64,000 nucleotides of DNA, taken from the IMG/VR virus record IMGVR_UViG_3300032266_000589. One strand, 5' to 3'. The translations under genes were made by a program, and so were the position numbers. Source of the stretch: a virus (taxonomy: Duplodnaviria; Caudoviricetes). Numbering within the stretch: position 1 is the stretch's first letter; every line of letters starts with the position of its first letter. The notes below the pieces were generated by a model. It saw only the letters and a program-made list of their open reading frames with translations. It did not search any database and was not told the DNA's origin. Positions 20,044 to 30,345 of the stretch are shown here, in pieces.

Positions 20044-22374
20044 TTATGGCAGTGGGTTAATATCTGGAGGTAATTGCGATGAACGACACTGTATAGTATC
20101 TAAAGTTTCATAATTAATGATGTCTTGACAATTTCCATCTGAGTCTACTGATGCGCAGTCTGAAAATGCTGACGTTGGTGTGTTTGGGCATCTACTTCCA
20201 AATTGTACGCTTGGAGTATTGCCATACACTCTAAAAAACTCCGCTAACATCTGCGACTGAGTAAGATCACAACAAGAATCTAAAACAACCTCATTGGTGC
20301 TAGAGTTTAAATTTGGTACACAGCTACTTCCAGATTTTAAGCATTTTAGTGTTTGTTTACATAGCACGTATATTAAATTGTCACATGGTCTAGATGTTGT
20401 CGTGGTAGTTGTAGTAGTTGTAGTTGTAGTTGGAACAGCTACACCTTGAATAATGATAGTTTGTGATCCACCATTTTCTGGCATACCGTTGAGATAAAAA
20501 TCAATCCTGTTAAAAAAGTACGAAAATGAAATTGGAGAATTAACATTCAATACGGCTGGTTGATTTGCAAAATAATATCCGGGTTGATCTACATAGTAAT
20601 ATATAGAACCAACCATAGCGGAACCACCGCGAGGATATACAAGAGTTAATGAAAATGGAGAAATTGATCCAAAATCAATATTATCTATGAAATTTAAAGT
20701 GTAAGTATAATTTGGTGGTGGCTCTGTAGTTGTAGTTGTTGTGGATGTTGTGGGTGCCGGTGTAGTACTTGTGGTAGTTGTGGTAGTAGTGGTTGTGGTT
20801 CCAATAAAAAATTGAGCATATATCTTATCATCATTAATACTCTTTTTTTCATCTTTAGCATAGGTAACTACTAAGAATGTTTTTATTTTGTCATTTAGTG
20901 GTATGTCTATATTTCTTGATCCAACGCTAGTAGACGATCCAGTAAGTTGCGACATATTGAATACAGCGTTTGCGTCTGTATCGACCGTTGGAACTAAGGA
21001 TTTATATTTAGTTAGGTTTTTGTACTCTTCGTTATATTGTTGTGTATGTTGTGTCGCTTTAGCTCCGCTAGCACTTACTATCCACACAGAAGCGTAGTCA
21101 CGGTTGGGTTCAGATGAAATCCTAAGATTCCAATTTAATAATCCAGATTTATTAATCTGTAGCCACAAAGCGTTGGTGTCTCCGTGCTGTCCACCAAGCC
21201 ACGCTACAATAGGGTCATCTGGAGAACCTTCTCCGTTTAACGAAAAGTCTGTAAATGGAGATATGACACCATATGGAGTTTGTTGACCCCATAGTGACTG
21301 CATGTTGTTTCCATTAACAGACAATCCGCGATAAGAAAACGCTGGACCAGAACCATCAAGAGGTTTAGATATTGGTGGGTCACATCTTGCTAACTCTAGG
21401 TTGTATGTTTTTTGTATTGTGTTAAATCTTTTTGGATTAAATAAATCGTCCACAGAGATTGTTACGCTGTATATACCAGTAGCGCCAGTATTTTCTGTGA
21501 GAAATAGCTCGTTGTTTTCTAGCAAAAAGTAGTCTTTGCTTGGACCATTCATAGTTACTATATGTGGACCGCAGTAATCTATAAGATTGATATCTGCAAC
21601 TTTTAACTTAATATTTCTAGAAGGGGCTATTGTTGTTGTAGTAGTGGTAGTGGTTGTGCCTCTAGCAAAAACGTCCGTAAAAGTGAATATTATGGCATTA
21701 GGTTTCACTGTAGATATTTGTGAGATTGTTCCATCATATCCTACTGCATACCCTTTAGAATTAACAGTGAACTGTTCAGGAATATTGTATGAAATACTAT
21801 CTTGTTCAACGTTTTTTGAAAAAACAATTTTATCTGGATCTGAATATGTTATATAGTCTTCTATTGTGATTGGAGAAATTTCGTGTAACCCAAGAAGCGG
21901 ATTACTCGTAAAAGAAAAAGACCTTTTAGAAGGTAAAGACTGCAAATAATGGAACCATTCTGATATAATCAGACCCATGCCACCATTTCTGACTTCGTTA
22001 AGAATCTGGGATTGTCCAGCATCTGGCATTTTAGTGCCACCAAATGGATTATAGCTTGGCAATAGTAGCATACATACAAATTGCCCAAGACCTCCGGGAT
22101 AACCGTTAAAGCTATACCATCTATCATATATAGATGTGCTATATCCAGCGGAATTCAAAACGCTAACAACTAAATTGTCAAATGTGGTATTTTCAGAGCT
22201 TAAGAGAATAATACCGTTAGAGTTTCTACGAGCAGACCAATGTACAGTATTTACGAACAACCTTTTAAAAAAAGCATTATTCAGATCTTGGGAATTGATA
22301 GCTTTTGTAAAAGCTCCAACTCTACCTCTAGCGGTGCCGATTTCCCATCCAGCTAAACCTATTGCGTTAGCCAT
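20044..22374 (-). CDS. Large multidomain Thr-tract virion protein
   Basis: 776 aa, with domains separated by long poly-Thr linkers and a Cys-rich C-terminus. Confidence 0.8.
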   Translation of the reverse strand: MANAIGLAGWEIGTARGRVGAFTKAINSQDLNNAFFKRLFVNTVHWSARRNSNGIILLSSENTTFDNLVVSVLNSAGYSTSIYDRWYSFNGYPGGLGQFVCMLLLPSYNPFGGTKMPDAGQSQILNEVRNGGMGLIISEWFHYLQSLPSKRSFSFTSNPLLGLHEISPITIEDYITYSDPDKIVFSKNVEQDSISYNIPEQFTVNSKGYAVGYDGTISQISTVKPNAIIFTFTDVFARGTTTTTTTTTIAPSRNIKLKVADINLIDYCGPHIVTMNGPSKDYFLLENNELFLTENTGATGIYSVTISVDDLFNPKRFNTIQKTYNLELARCDPPISKPLDGSGPAFSYRGLSVNGNNMQSLWGQQTPYGVISPFTDFSLNGEGSPDDPIVAWLGGQHGDTNALWLQINKSGLLNWNLRISSEPNRDYASVWIVSASGAKATQHTQQYNEEYKNLTKYKSLVPTVDTDANAVFNMSQLTGSSTSVGSRNIDIPLNDKIKTFLVVTYAKDEKKSINDDKIYAQFFIGTTTTTTTTTTSTTPAPTTSTTTTTTEPPPNYTYTLNFIDNIDFGSISPFSLTLVYPRGGSAMVGSIYYYVDQPGYYFANQPAVLNVNSPISFSYFFNRIDFYLNGMPENGGSQTIIIQGVAVPTTTTTTTTTTTTSRPCDNLIYVLCKQTLKCLKSGSSCVPNLNSSTNEVVLDSCCDLTQSQMLAEFFRVYGNTPSVQFGSRCPNTPTSAFSDCASVDSDGNCQDIINYETLDTIQCRSSQLPPDINPLP

Positions 22375-22383
22375 AACCCGTCC

Positions 22384-23133
22384 TTATTTGTCGTAATAAA
22401 AATATTCAGTTAAATCTGTTGTTTCCTCTATGTTTGGCCCGCTCCAAGAAAATGTTAAACCGTCTTGAAGTATTCCATCCCTATGTACAATTCTAATTGA
22501 ATAAAATGTATTTCCAGTGAGTAAAATAGAAGCGCTTTTTTTGGTAGCACCTTGAGCGCCAGTAATATTGTTATTAATTAATGCGTTTGTAATATTGCGT
22601 CCATTATCTATGTTGGCTAGTACGCCGAGCCAAACTGCGCTACCATCATCACTAGTTGTGGAAAATGTATACGTTCCATTTACAGGTGGCCTAAAATATC
22701 CAAAAGCAAGAAAGCTGTAATAATCTCCAGCATTGTTATAGCTAATATTTGATAAAACTACACCTCCAGATATTGGTATATCTATGCCAACATTTCCTTC
22801 GCTAATAGTTGACATTGAATCGCTAGATGTGTTAAATTTGCCCTTTAATCCTCCTAGAACATATAATGGATTAATAGTTGTAGTGGTAGTTGTAGTTGTT
22901 TGTGGAACTAAAATGATTGGGCAAGCTTTACCACTCACTGGAATTACAATAAGATCAAGAAGTTCTGGATCATATGGAGTAATGGTCGTTGTTGTGGTCG
23001 TGGTGGTTGTTGATGCCGTCTGAGTGGGTAAATCTAAATATGGTCTTGTTGGAACATCTAGTAGTGGATCATGTTTTTTGCCAGCTAATTTTGGCCTTTG
23101 ACAATCTTCATTGATAAAACAGTCTTCATTCAT
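22384..23133 (-). CDS. PA14/GLEYA-domain Thr-tract protein
   Basis: GYFRPP..GTYTF...SDDGS.VWLG...YSIRI.H...L.FSWSGP is a PA14-type carbohydrate-binding signature. Confidence 0.8.
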   Translation of the reverse strand: MNEDCFINEDCQRPKLAGKKHDPLLDVPTRPYLDLPTQTASTTTTTTTTTITPYDPELLDLIVIPVSGKACPIILVPQTTTTTTTTINPLYVLGGLKGKFNTSSDSMSTISEGNVGIDIPISGGVVLSNISYNNAGDYYSFLAFGYFRPPVNGTYTFSTTSDDGSAVWLGVLANIDNGRNITNALINNNITGAQGATKKSASILLTGNTFYSIRIVHRDGILQDGLTFSWSGPNIEETTDLTEYFYYDK

Positions 23134-23137
23134 ATAA

Positions 23138-26100
23138 CTAACTATTATAGCTTACCCACATCGGTCTGTATTCGTCGTTGATCTTGATAGCAATTACATA
23201 ATCAGAACTATTAATCTTTAAGAAAGGATCTCTATTTATAATTGAGATAAATGGATTTTGACCAGCGGGAACAACCTTATCTCTCCAAACACCGCCAACT
23301 TTTTCTTTTGGTCTAATTCTACCGGTAGTCGGGGCATTTGGGTTTTGTGGTGCAGCTATGTTTTCTTGGGCGAAGCCTTCAATGATTAAATTGTTGTATG
23401 CATTAAGCAAATTGTTAAATGAGTTTGTAAGTGAAGTGAGTGCGCTAGCTGTTGAAGATCCATTGTTACTTAGATTAGCAATGTCTTGCAAGAAGCTGGC
23501 TGACTCAACAGATGTAGCATCGCTAAATCTAATAGCCCCAAGAAGTTTTAAATCTCCATTAAGTTCAGCGTGTGGTCTTGGTGTTGCTGGATTTTGATAA
23601 TTAGCACTTTTACTTACTGGATTAGCGTTGTGATCTAGTTTTAATAGATCAGAAGAGTTATTACCACTAAACTTAAATACAAGCTTGTTGTCTGGATAGT
23701 TGCTGCCACCGCTATCAATGACTTCAATAAGATTAGCCTGTACTTTTATGCTTTCGTTTGATGTATTAGTTAAGAATAGTTTGCCTTCTGGCATAATCAT
23801 ATTCTTAGTTGTTAAATTACCAGACATCAAAATATTGTTGTCTGATCCAAGTACAAAATTGTTGCTACTTCCAGAAGGATAGGTGTTTAATAAATTATTT
23901 CCAATGACTATGTTATTAGATCCATTCTTTATAGATCTAGCAGAGTTATAACCAAATATAATGTTATTACTACCGGTGCTAATGCCGCTGCCAGCATTGT
24001 ATCCAATTGCCGTATTGTTGTTGCCGCCAGCTATGTATGATAACGCTCTATATCCTAAAGCGGTATTATTAGTTGACATTGCCAAATTAGCTTTGCTATT
24101 TGGAGAGAATCTACCACCAAGTGTATTTCCAGAATTATCTGCTAGTAATGGTTTATCTAAATTTTGACCCCCAATGTCTATAGAATTCATTACAACTTCA
24201 AAAATGTTACCGCTTGCATCCACAAAATTTAATGATGAAGCTTGTGATACGTCTGATTTTGCTTTTGTAAAAACTTGCGCATAATTAGCGTAACCAGAAG
24301 GTATGCCAGAGCAATGATATAAGCTAACTACAGCTTCATGATTTACTCTATCACCCATCGTTAACATTGCATGTGGAATGCCAGAATTAAAAATACTAGC
24401 TCGTCCGCTATCTATAGCTTTGACGAAGTTTATTTTATTTTCGTCTTTATAGATGTTAATGTTGAACGTCCCGCTATTATTGAGATATTCTAATTCTGTG
24501 CCATATTTTAAACAATTTTCTTTACCAAGCAATTGTAGAGAAGAAACTGTTGAGCCTTGGTTTTCTGCTGTAGCTCTTATAATGGCGTTTCCAGTGCTTC
24601 TGATATTTAAAATGGTATCTGGAAGCATATTGTCGGAATACCCAAAATTACTTATTCCAACAAATCCGTCCGCTGCATCTTGCAAGAGAGTAAAAGAGCG
24701 TTTAGCATACGATGAATCATTATATGACTTTATTACAAATCTACTTGGACTTTGCCCCACTTGCTCATTGAAAAACACTGGCTGTGTAAGTTGAGAATCT
24801 GAAATATAAGATGTTTCAAAACCAGTTAACTTTTCTTTATTAGTCTCTTGATCAATAGTTTTTGTTTTAACGTTTGATAGAAATCTTTGGTTAATATTTA
24901 CGCCAGAAGCTGGACTTGCAAATGTGATAGTATATTTGTCTTGTTCGCCAGAATGTGCTATAAAGTTAACATTACCAATGCCAGCTAAATTGCTACTTAA
25001 ATTATGCTCATTTGTTGAGTAGGTCTTTCCACTTGCGATGAAATACCCAAGTCCGTCGTTGTACGTTACTGCCGCAATAACATCGCTACTGATAATTCTA
25101 TCTGTTCTAATATGGCAACCAGAGTTAGTATGAATGCTAACATTAGAATTCCAATAAGAACGTGAATAGGGATTGTCTATTGATAGATTTTTTAATGCTG
25201 AGTCTTGAGAGTGAAAAGTAAACTCGTAAGTTCTTTCGTAATCAACACCGCGTGATCTTACATTAAAACCAGCGCCATTGAGTTCTTCGTCAATTAAATA
25301 TCCAACTGGTAAAACGTTTTCTTCATTTGGGTTATAGTAATCATATAGACCGTTTGGACCACCACCATCAATAGTGTTAATATAACCACTAGATGCTAGG
25401 TGTACTGTTTTGTGTAAATAGTGTGCCTGTTCTACTGCTTCAAATCGTTTAAATCTACCAACGCCACTAACATAAATATTATCTACATAGGCATTTAACC
25501 AGCGTTTATCAAAGTCGCCCAAATTAAAAGCACTAGATACTTTTGGTTTAAAACTTCCACTAGCATCTATTCTACCATTGACATCTAGTTTACCACCAAC
25601 ATTCATATAGCTACCGAAATCGGCGTGTCCAGTGGCTACTAAATTACCACTAACATCCGTATCTCCACCTATAGATGCTGGACCGCCAATAACGGTTTCA
25701 TTACTTATTAAAAACCTATCGCCAGCATTATCATATGTAATATAATTATTGCTTGGGAATGATAGAGTTTGTGATAAGTAAATATTGCGCCATCTATAAG
25801 TTCCGTGACCTATATCAAAAGATTGAAGAGAGTCAGAAGGATGAAAATGACCACTAATTTGAAGAGTGGCACCTTCATGGAGTCCAGAAACTGCGATACC
25901 AACTCTAAGGTTTCCAGAAGACATATCTCCTTGAATGAGAGGAACCAATCCTATCCCATCTGGATTACCACATAGATAAGTTTCATCAATAGGGTGAGAG
26001 GCAATGAACAATCTATTATTGGTATCTCTATTAACATAGTAACCAGCACCATGTCCTATAGCTATATTGAAATTACCAATCTTGTTATTGTGAAGACTAT

Positions 26101-26515
26101 AGCTTCCAATACCAATATTACCAAAGCCATTAGTATTACCAGCTAGAGCGTGATAACCAAGCGCGGCGTTGTCTTCACCATAGATATTACAACTTAAAGA
26201 ATAAGAACCTATAGCAGTATTTTTTGATCCTTGATAGTTGGAATTTAATGCAGAAAATCCAAAAGCTGAATTATCTACAGAAAAATATCCATCTAGACCA
26301 AGTTTTTGTAGAGTAAGATCACCGGCTCTGGTAGATCTTACATCTATCGTATCAAAGTTTTTTGCTCTAAGATTCTGTGAACCTGTCAATAAATGAACTG
26401 AATCAATTATATCTAACAGGTTATGTCTAATATCATGTGGTGAAATTTGACCAGTTGAATTATCTGATATCTCTCTAGCTATATTTTCTACCAGTTGTGG
26501 CTTTGATAGAATCAT
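23138..26515 (-). CDS. Large virion fibre/spike protein
   Basis: 1125 aa with two blocks of NTAIG..AL..N repeats (YadA-head-like) and FDIG....RW.N.Y motifs. Confidence 0.8.
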   Translation of the reverse strand: MILSKPQLVENIAREISDNSTGQISPHDIRHNLLDIIDSVHLLTGSQNLRAKNFDTIDVRSTRAGDLTLQKLGLDGYFSVDNSAFGFSALNSNYQGSKNTAIGSYSLSCNIYGEDNAALGYHALAGNTNGFGNIGIGSYSLHNNKIGNFNIAIGHGAGYYVNRDTNNRLFIASHPIDETYLCGNPDGIGLVPLIQGDMSSGNLRVGIAVSGLHEGATLQISGHFHPSDSLQSFDIGHGTYRWRNIYLSQTLSFPSNNYITYDNAGDRFLISNETVIGGPASIGGDTDVSGNLVATGHADFGSYMNVGGKLDVNGRIDASGSFKPKVSSAFNLGDFDKRWLNAYVDNIYVSGVGRFKRFEAVEQAHYLHKTVHLASSGYINTIDGGGPNGLYDYYNPNEENVLPVGYLIDEELNGAGFNVRSRGVDYERTYEFTFHSQDSALKNLSIDNPYSRSYWNSNVSIHTNSGCHIRTDRIISSDVIAAVTYNDGLGYFIASGKTYSTNEHNLSSNLAGIGNVNFIAHSGEQDKYTITFASPASGVNINQRFLSNVKTKTIDQETNKEKLTGFETSYISDSQLTQPVFFNEQVGQSPSRFVIKSYNDSSYAKRSFTLLQDAADGFVGISNFGYSDNMLPDTILNIRSTGNAIIRATAENQGSTVSSLQLLGKENCLKYGTELEYLNNSGTFNINIYKDENKINFVKAIDSGRASIFNSGIPHAMLTMGDRVNHEAVVSLYHCSGIPSGYANYAQVFTKAKSDVSQASSLNFVDASGNIFEVVMNSIDIGGQNLDKPLLADNSGNTLGGRFSPNSKANLAMSTNNTALGYRALSYIAGGNNNTAIGYNAGSGISTGSNNIIFGYNSARSIKNGSNNIVIGNNLLNTYPSGSSNNFVLGSDNNILMSGNLTTKNMIMPEGKLFLTNTSNESIKVQANLIEVIDSGGSNYPDNKLVFKFSGNNSSDLLKLDHNANPVSKSANYQNPATPRPHAELNGDLKLLGAIRFSDATSVESASFLQDIANLSNNGSSTASALTSLTNSFNNLLNAYNNLIIEGFAQENIAAPQNPNAPTTGRIRPKEKVGGVWRDKVVPAGQNPFISIINRDPFLKINSSDYVIAIKINDEYRPMWVSYNS

Positions 26516-26529
26516 TTTTTAGAACTTTC

Positions 26530-27213
26530 TTACTTGAGGCTAATTTCAAGTGACTTAGGATCAAACTTGATATTGTCGCCAGTGTAGATATATCTTGGAT
26601 TTTTAAGAGCCGCATACATTAACACATTGCCTTGACCAGCAACTGAACTATCTAATACAGCAACTCCAGAAACCCAACCCCAATCAGAAAGGGCAGTATC
26701 AAATACTATTTGGTTTTGATTTTTAATAAATCCATTTCCATCATACTGTACATATCCGGGATCTATTGCGCTACCAGAGACTGCAATAGCTCTTGGTGCA
26801 TAAAAATTTACGCCGGGAAATGTTTTTGGAAAGGTGTAGGTATTAGAATTTCCATTAGCGTCCGCTGCTTCTGCTACAGATTTAGATAAATAGACAGGAT
26901 AAAAATATCCACTATTACCAACTTCTTGGCTATATACAGAAAATACGGTGGTATTATCAAAACCAACAGAAAACCATGTGGTATCACCAACACCGGATGG
27001 CGCTCCAAGATCTCGTCTTGAATAACCGGTGGTGACATTTGTGGCACCTCTGGCAACGCCAGTAGGTAATTCTGGAAGAGTAGCACCAGTATTTGAGTCT
27101 AATGCAACGCTACTAGTGAGAGCTATAGCTATAGAAGAGGGCTTTAAAAACTGCTCACTTCTAAAGATATGATTCAATATTTTAGATTCAAGGTAGTCCG
27201 ATATTGCGGCCAT
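26530..27213 (-). CDS. Virion structural protein
   Basis: SDYLE.KILNH.F...IALT...GY.R...DWG.V....V.D....GN.L.Y..L motif of phage tail/fibre-type proteins. Confidence 0.75.
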   Translation of the reverse strand: MAAISDYLESKILNHIFRSEQFLKPSSIAIALTSSVALDSNTGATLPELPTGVARGATNVTTGYSRRDLGAPSGVGDTTWFSVGFDNTTVFSVYSQEVGNSGYFYPVYLSKSVAEAADANGNSNTYTFPKTFPGVNFYAPRAIAVSGSAIDPGYVQYDGNGFIKNQNQIVFDTALSDWGWVSGVAVLDSSVAGQGNVLMYAALKNPRYIYTGDNIKFDPKSLEISLK

Positions 27214-27266
27214 ATTTGTCTCCTGAAAAATGAGTCCTGAACTTACAATCTATTGGTATATACACG

Positions 27267-27299
27267 AAAAAGCCACCCCCAAGTAAACGAGGGTGGCTT
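27267..27299 (-). terminator. Rho-independent terminator after the major capsid gene
   Basis: Minus strand AAGCCACCC-N12-GGGTGGCT followed by a T-run; the late motif GTGTATATA (27257-27265) follows immediately. Confidence 0.8.
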
Positions 27300-27332
27300 A
27301 ATCGATTAAGCTAAATATATAGCTTTTATTAC

Positions 27333-28340
27333 TTAGAATGAGCCTAGGATCACTCTGCGGTTATCTAGAACGCCAAAGCCAAGCTCTGCAAAGCCGTAGT
27401 AACCGGCGCGCTGCTGACGATGAAGAGTGGGGTCTTCAAACACCTGTAGCTGCTCCTTAACTGGCATAACAAAGCTGTCTCTTGTGGAGAGGTCAAGGCC
27501 AACGACGAGTTCAAGGTCGCTAGCTTGCACTGCACCGCCAAGTTCGTTCACGAAGAACTGCTGATATTCCTGACCTTCGCCTAGTTCATCTAGGTCACGT
27601 AGATTCACACCGAAGATACGTGTGATTGGAGCGCCGCCTGTGGGAGCGGTATAGATCTCACGACGAGTTGTTTCGTCAACTTGATCAAAACCCCAGTTAC
27701 GAATATCTTCTAGAGCTTCTGGTGACACGTAGATGTCTGTTAGACGGCCACGGCCAATTGACGCGGAGTTACCACCGCTATTACGACGCATGACAGTTTG
27801 CATAAGCGAAACTAGTCTCTTGCTGAATAGACCGGCAGTTGCATCACCGTCATAGACGAGGATATTGCGGTCAACGCCAGCGGCGAGAAGAGTGTGCCAG
27901 CCGTCATCATTCATCTTCTTAGTGAAACCAGCTTCCATCACCTGCATGGCGCGAGCAACGATATCCCATCTGGCTTCGCGGGCATAGCGAAGAAGATAGT
28001 CAACCGATGAAGCGATTGAGTAGGTGGGAATCATCACGTAGTCGCCTTCCACACTGCGCTCTGGAATTCTACCGTGACCGGGATTGGTGTAAGCGACATG
28101 CTCACCTTCAAGGCCGGGAGAAACTAGGTCGAGTGGGAATTCGGTTGTTGAACCGGCTTCCACATTGATGGTTTCAAAAATGTCACCAAGAATATTACCA
28201 ACTAGAACACCCTTACGAAGAGGAAGTTCTAGAGCCTTGGCAAACTCGCGTTGAGCAGCCGCAGCTACATTGATATCAGCATCACCTGACTTGCGTAGGA
28301 GACTGATAAATTCGTCACTAGGTCTTTTGTTTTCTGGCAT
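27333..28340 (-). CDS. Major capsid protein (HK97 fold)
   Basis: 335 aa, downstream of the protease/scaffold and decoration genes; codon use of a highly expressed gene; C-terminal G.Y..AELGFGVLD; followed by a terminator. Confidence 0.85.
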   Translation of the reverse strand: MPENKRPSDEFISLLRKSGDADINVAAAAQREFAKALELPLRKGVLVGNILGDIFETINVEAGSTTEFPLDLVSPGLEGEHVAYTNPGHGRIPERSVEGDYVMIPTYSIASSVDYLLRYAREARWDIVARAMQVMEAGFTKKMNDDGWHTLLAAGVDRNILVYDGDATAGLFSKRLVSLMQTVMRRNSGGNSASIGRGRLTDIYVSPEALEDIRNWGFDQVDETTRREIYTAPTGGAPITRIFGVNLRDLDELGEGQEYQQFFVNELGGAVQASDLELVVGLDLSTRDSFVMPVKEQLQVFEDPTLHRQQRAGYYGFAELGFGVLDNRRVILGSF

Positions 28341-28370
28341 GTTTAATTCTCCTTTTAGAATTTATTTAGT

Positions 28371-28841
28371 TCAGGGTAGGTTGACTTCTACTTTAGCATA
28401 ACCGTCAGCATCCTTACTGGTAAGGAAGCGACCGACTTGTAGCACACCAGAGCTACCGGGAGAATCGGGACGGAGATTACCAGCGGTTACATGGCAAGCA
28501 TAAGCTGCATCACCGGCAACTGGAGTACCTGTGATGTTATTAGTAACAACGTACCCCTTACGGAGAACAGTCACCTTGCCACCCTTTTGCACTTCATCCT
28601 TATACTGATTTAGATGGGTGCGAGTAAGATCCTTATTAACAACGTCGTTAAGAAGAACACCTACTGGGCGACTAGCTGCTGTTACGGCTGCATACTTCAC
28701 AAGGTTGACACCTTGATCCATTGCTGCGCCAGAGCCAGCCGTAGTATCATGTACAACGACGCCACCGCGAGTAGCAGTACCGGCATTGTAAAAGAAACTA
28801 ATATCTGTCTGAAATTCATATCTATCTGATTTTAGGGCCAT
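28371..28841 (-). CDS. Capsid decoration/cement protein
   Basis: 156 aa directly before the capsid gene; G.V.T.N..G.P.AGD.AY...G pattern. Confidence 0.7.
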   Translation of the reverse strand: MALKSDRYEFQTDISFFYNAGTATRGGVVVHDTTAGSGAAMDQGVNLVKYAAVTAASRPVGVLLNDVVNKDLTRTHLNQYKDEVQKGGKVTVLRKGYVVTNNITGTPVAGDAAYACHVTAGNLRPDSPGSSGVLQVGRFLTSKDADGYAKVEVNLP

Positions 28842-28860
28842 AATTATTTCTCCTTGTAAA

Positions 28861-30297
28861 TCACTTACGTAGTACGTTTTCGGTTAACCACTGAGCTACA
28901 CTAGCTCTGGTGGCCTGAAGTTCATCATTTGCATCAGAAGCATCCACTAAAGCAGCCTCGGTTGAGCTTACACCATCAAAAAGTGTTTCGGTTACTTCTT
29001 CTGTTGTTTCTTCAGAAGCAACTACGGCAGCTTTAGGATTGGTTTCTTCCTCATCTTGTTCGTCTTTGACCAATTCTTTCTTGGTCATAGTTTTGGGAGA
29101 CATTTTAGCCATTTTTTTCTTGTACATAGCTACAATGGCTTCGAAAGACTTATCATCTAAGTTTTCGTATAGAGAAAGAGATTCATCAGCTTCTGTTTCT
29201 TCAAAACCTGAAGCCATAAGCTGATCCTTACGTGTTCTGTTCTTCTCTTTCTTCTTCATATCCATCATCTCGGCGTCTTTAGCGGCGAGTGCATCCTGTA
29301 GTTCTTTGATTGCAGTTTCATGAGCCTTAAGTGTCTCTTCAAGAACCTTAAAAGCTTCTGTTTTTTCTGTGAGGCTAGCTTCAAGTGCTGAAATTGTTTC
29401 CGCATAATTGGGAGTAACTTCTTCAACTGGTGTGCTAATTACCTCATTTGATTCTGTCGCAGCAGTTAACTCGCTTGGAGCTTCGTTAACAATCTGCTCT
29501 AAATTGGTATCAGACATTTGAATTTCTCCTTTAGGTACATTTAAAATAACATCGTCTTGTTTATTTACGAGGAAGGCTCTGCTTGAATCAAGGATAATGC
29601 TTCTTGGGTTAGCTGGTCTAGAAACTAATCCCTTACCAGAAAAAGAAATATCTCTTAATGATCTGCCTACCTTGTAGCCCTCATATTCACCTGTGCCACC
29701 ATAGGCTCTCAAGTGTTTAGTTAAGAATGATGATTGTTCATTCCTTGCTATGACTTTTGGATTGCCCTGTTGGTCTATTAGCGCGTAATCAAAACCCGCG
29801 AATAAACATTCCATTGAAACAAACCACTTACCTTGTTCGATTTCGTCAATGATCTTTTGCATTCTTTCCCGATTGTCGGGATTTGTCCAACTATTATATA
29901 GAACTGCTTCTGTTATAATGTCGAATTCGGATGGTGCGTTTTCTGTGTCTGCTGCTATTGTTGCGCCCTGTCGGTCAACAACGTAACTGCCAGTAATATG
30001 TCCAATAATATCATTTTCATTATGCATGAAATTGAATTGCTTGTCTTCTGGTGTAGTCCTAGCAGCCCAAGTTTGTTCTGGAGCAAATACATCGTCATTT
30101 TTATTCCAGCCCGTTGATACCAAGATTGATTTAATATAGTATAGATCGATTTGCTTGGGGTTTGCGCTGGCTTGAATCTTATGAGCTACTTCTGGATTTG
30201 CTGTACAAACAACCGCCTGAGAGCAATAAGCGACTGTAGTATCGGCCTGCACTTTGTCAGCGACACCATCTAGCACTTCTTGTTTGAATATTTTCAT
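28861..30297 (-). CDS. Prohead protease-scaffold fusion
   Basis: N-terminal N.NDD.F...FN.MH....IIGH...VSMEC...F.G.GLV.RPA protease-like domain plus an acidic coiled-coil C-terminus; between portal and capsid. Confidence 0.8.
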   Translation of the reverse strand: MKIFKQEVLDGVADKVQADTTVAYCSQAVVCTANPEVAHKIQASANPKQIDLYYIKSILVSTGWNKNDDVFAPEQTWAARTTPEDKQFNFMHNENDIIGHITGSYVVDRQGATIAADTENAPSEFDIITEAVLYNSWTNPDNRERMQKIIDEIEQGKWFVSMECLFAGFDYALIDQQGNPKVIARNEQSSFLTKHLRAYGGTGEYEGYKVGRSLRDISFSGKGLVSRPANPRSIILDSSRAFLVNKQDDVILNVPKGEIQMSDTNLEQIVNEAPSELTAATESNEVISTPVEEVTPNYAETISALEASLTEKTEAFKVLEETLKAHETAIKELQDALAAKDAEMMDMKKKEKNRTRKDQLMASGFEETEADESLSLYENLDDKSFEAIVAMYKKKMAKMSPKTMTKKELVKDEQDEEETNPKAAVVASEETTEEVTETLFDGVSSTEAALVDASDANDELQATRASVAQWLTENVLRK

Positions 30298-30345
30298 ATA
30301 TTTCCTCTCAAAACAATATACACAAAATCAGAAATAAGTGTGTTT

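Noticed and set aside
19107-23133. Thr-codon tracts as microsatellite/phase-variation loci or DGR repeats
   Set aside because: The codons are mixed ACN and in frame; no reverse transcriptase or adenine-specific repeat pair was seen.
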